Assembly: GCA_964016885.1 (NCBI GenBank)
Contig: OZ024762.1
Location: forward strand, 5,766,001 to 5,830,000
Length of the DNA: 64,000 nucleotides
Origin: Eledone cirrhosa
Lineage: Eukaryota
Direction: 5' to 3'
Of the stretch, positions 62,682 to 64,000 are shown piece by piece. Numbering within the stretch: position 1 is the first letter of the stretch; each line of letters opens with the position of its first letter. A program made the position numbers and the translations under genes. The notes beneath the pieces are model-generated. The model did not search any database. It was not told the origin of the DNA and worked only from the letters and a program-made list of their open reading frames with translations.

Positions 62682-63504
62682 TACATACATACATATATAT
62701 ATATACACAACAGAGAAAATATATATATGCATACATACATACATACATACACACACACATACATATAGACATACACACAGACACACATACATATACACTG
62801 ACACACAATACTGGTATCTGAATTAGTTATACAATATCAGCTTCCATGAGGTTATCTGATACCTTAATACACAGATAGACGCATATATATATATACACAC
62901 ATACATACACACACATACAGATAGACACATATAGATACATACACCTACACGCATACAGAAAGACACAGATAAACACACATTTACAGAGAAATACAAAGAT
63001 ACACATATATACAAATATATGCAGCAACACTTATAAAAATACACACCTACAGATAGACACATATCGATACACACACACACACACACACACACAGCTACAT
63101 ACACCTACATAGACACATATCGATACACACACACACCTACATAGACACAGCTACACACACACACACACACACAGCTACATACACCTACATAGACACAGCT
63201 ACATACACCTACATAGACACAGCTACACACACAGCTACATAGACACAGCTACACACACACACACACACAGCTACATAGACACAGCTACACACACACACAC
63301 ACACAGCTACATACACCTACATAGACACAGCTACATACACCTACATAGACACAGCTACACACACACACACACAGCTACATAGACACAGCTACACACACAC
63401 ACACACACACAGCTACATACACCTACATAGACACAGCTACACACACACACACACAGCTACATACACCTACATAGACACAGCTACACACAGCTACATAGAC
63501 ACAG

Positions 63505-63540
<36 letters not shown>

Positions 63541-63564
63541 CTACATACACCTACATAGACACAG

Positions 63565-63595
<31 letters not shown>

Positions 63596-63780
63596 GCTAC
63601 ATACACCTACATAGACACAGCTACACACACACACACACACACAGCTACATACACCTACATAGACACAGCTACACACACACACACAGCTACATACACCTAC
63701 ATAGACACAGCTACACACACACACAGATAAACAGCTATACATACACCTACACACAGATACACACCTACACACCTACATAT
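62370..63780 (+). repeat. Compound (TA)n/(CA)n microsatellite field ending in an AGCTACATACACCTACATAGACAC(AC)n array
   Basis: Directly visible. Similar fields occur at 29955-30180, 38030-38320, 42480-42990 and 44610-44900. Confidence 0.9.
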
Positions 63781-64000
63781 GGTATGGTTAAAAAAGAACT
63801 CAACAATACATAAGCTAAAATAGAAGGAAGCAGCACCTGTTGGTGAAGGTGAAGCAGTAATTTAAGCTCTTGTTCTGATGTCCCCAAAGTAGGTCGATGT
63901 CCCCAAAGTAGGTCAATGTGCCCACACATACTGATGACCTCTGGTCAACACTTTGTCATTTTCTTTAGTTTCAAAATCTGGTGTCACCCAGTCTGGAGAA

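Overview
Eukaryotic, AT-rich, microsatellite- and retroelement-dense genomic DNA. The SINE/RTE/(TA)n landscape most resembles an octopus (coleoid cephalopod); this is an inference. Three protein-coding genes could be reconstructed by hand with phase-consistent GT-AG splice sites. (1) TOE1, a DEDD deadenylase with a CCCH finger: 6 coding exons on the - strand, 527-11719, 599 aa. (2) An intronless, strongly diverged 14-3-3-like gene on the + strand, 15402-16304, head-to-head with TOE1, in which part of the phosphopeptide-binding groove is replaced. (3) A 172-aa Spitz/Keren/TGF-alpha-type single-EGF transmembrane ligand: 6 coding exons on the - strand, 32899-58961, almost invisible in the ORF track. 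The rest is two abundant tRNA-derived SINE families, RTE/CR1/CRE/R4-type LINE remnants, hAT and Tc1/pogo MITEs, many minisatellites (some derived from LINE/SINE sequence), and short fold-back Penelope-like ends carrying minimal hammerhead-ribozyme motifs. Most ORFs in the supplied track are microsatellite or repeat artefacts. Repeat boundaries are approximate and family assignments come from remembered motifs, not database searches.
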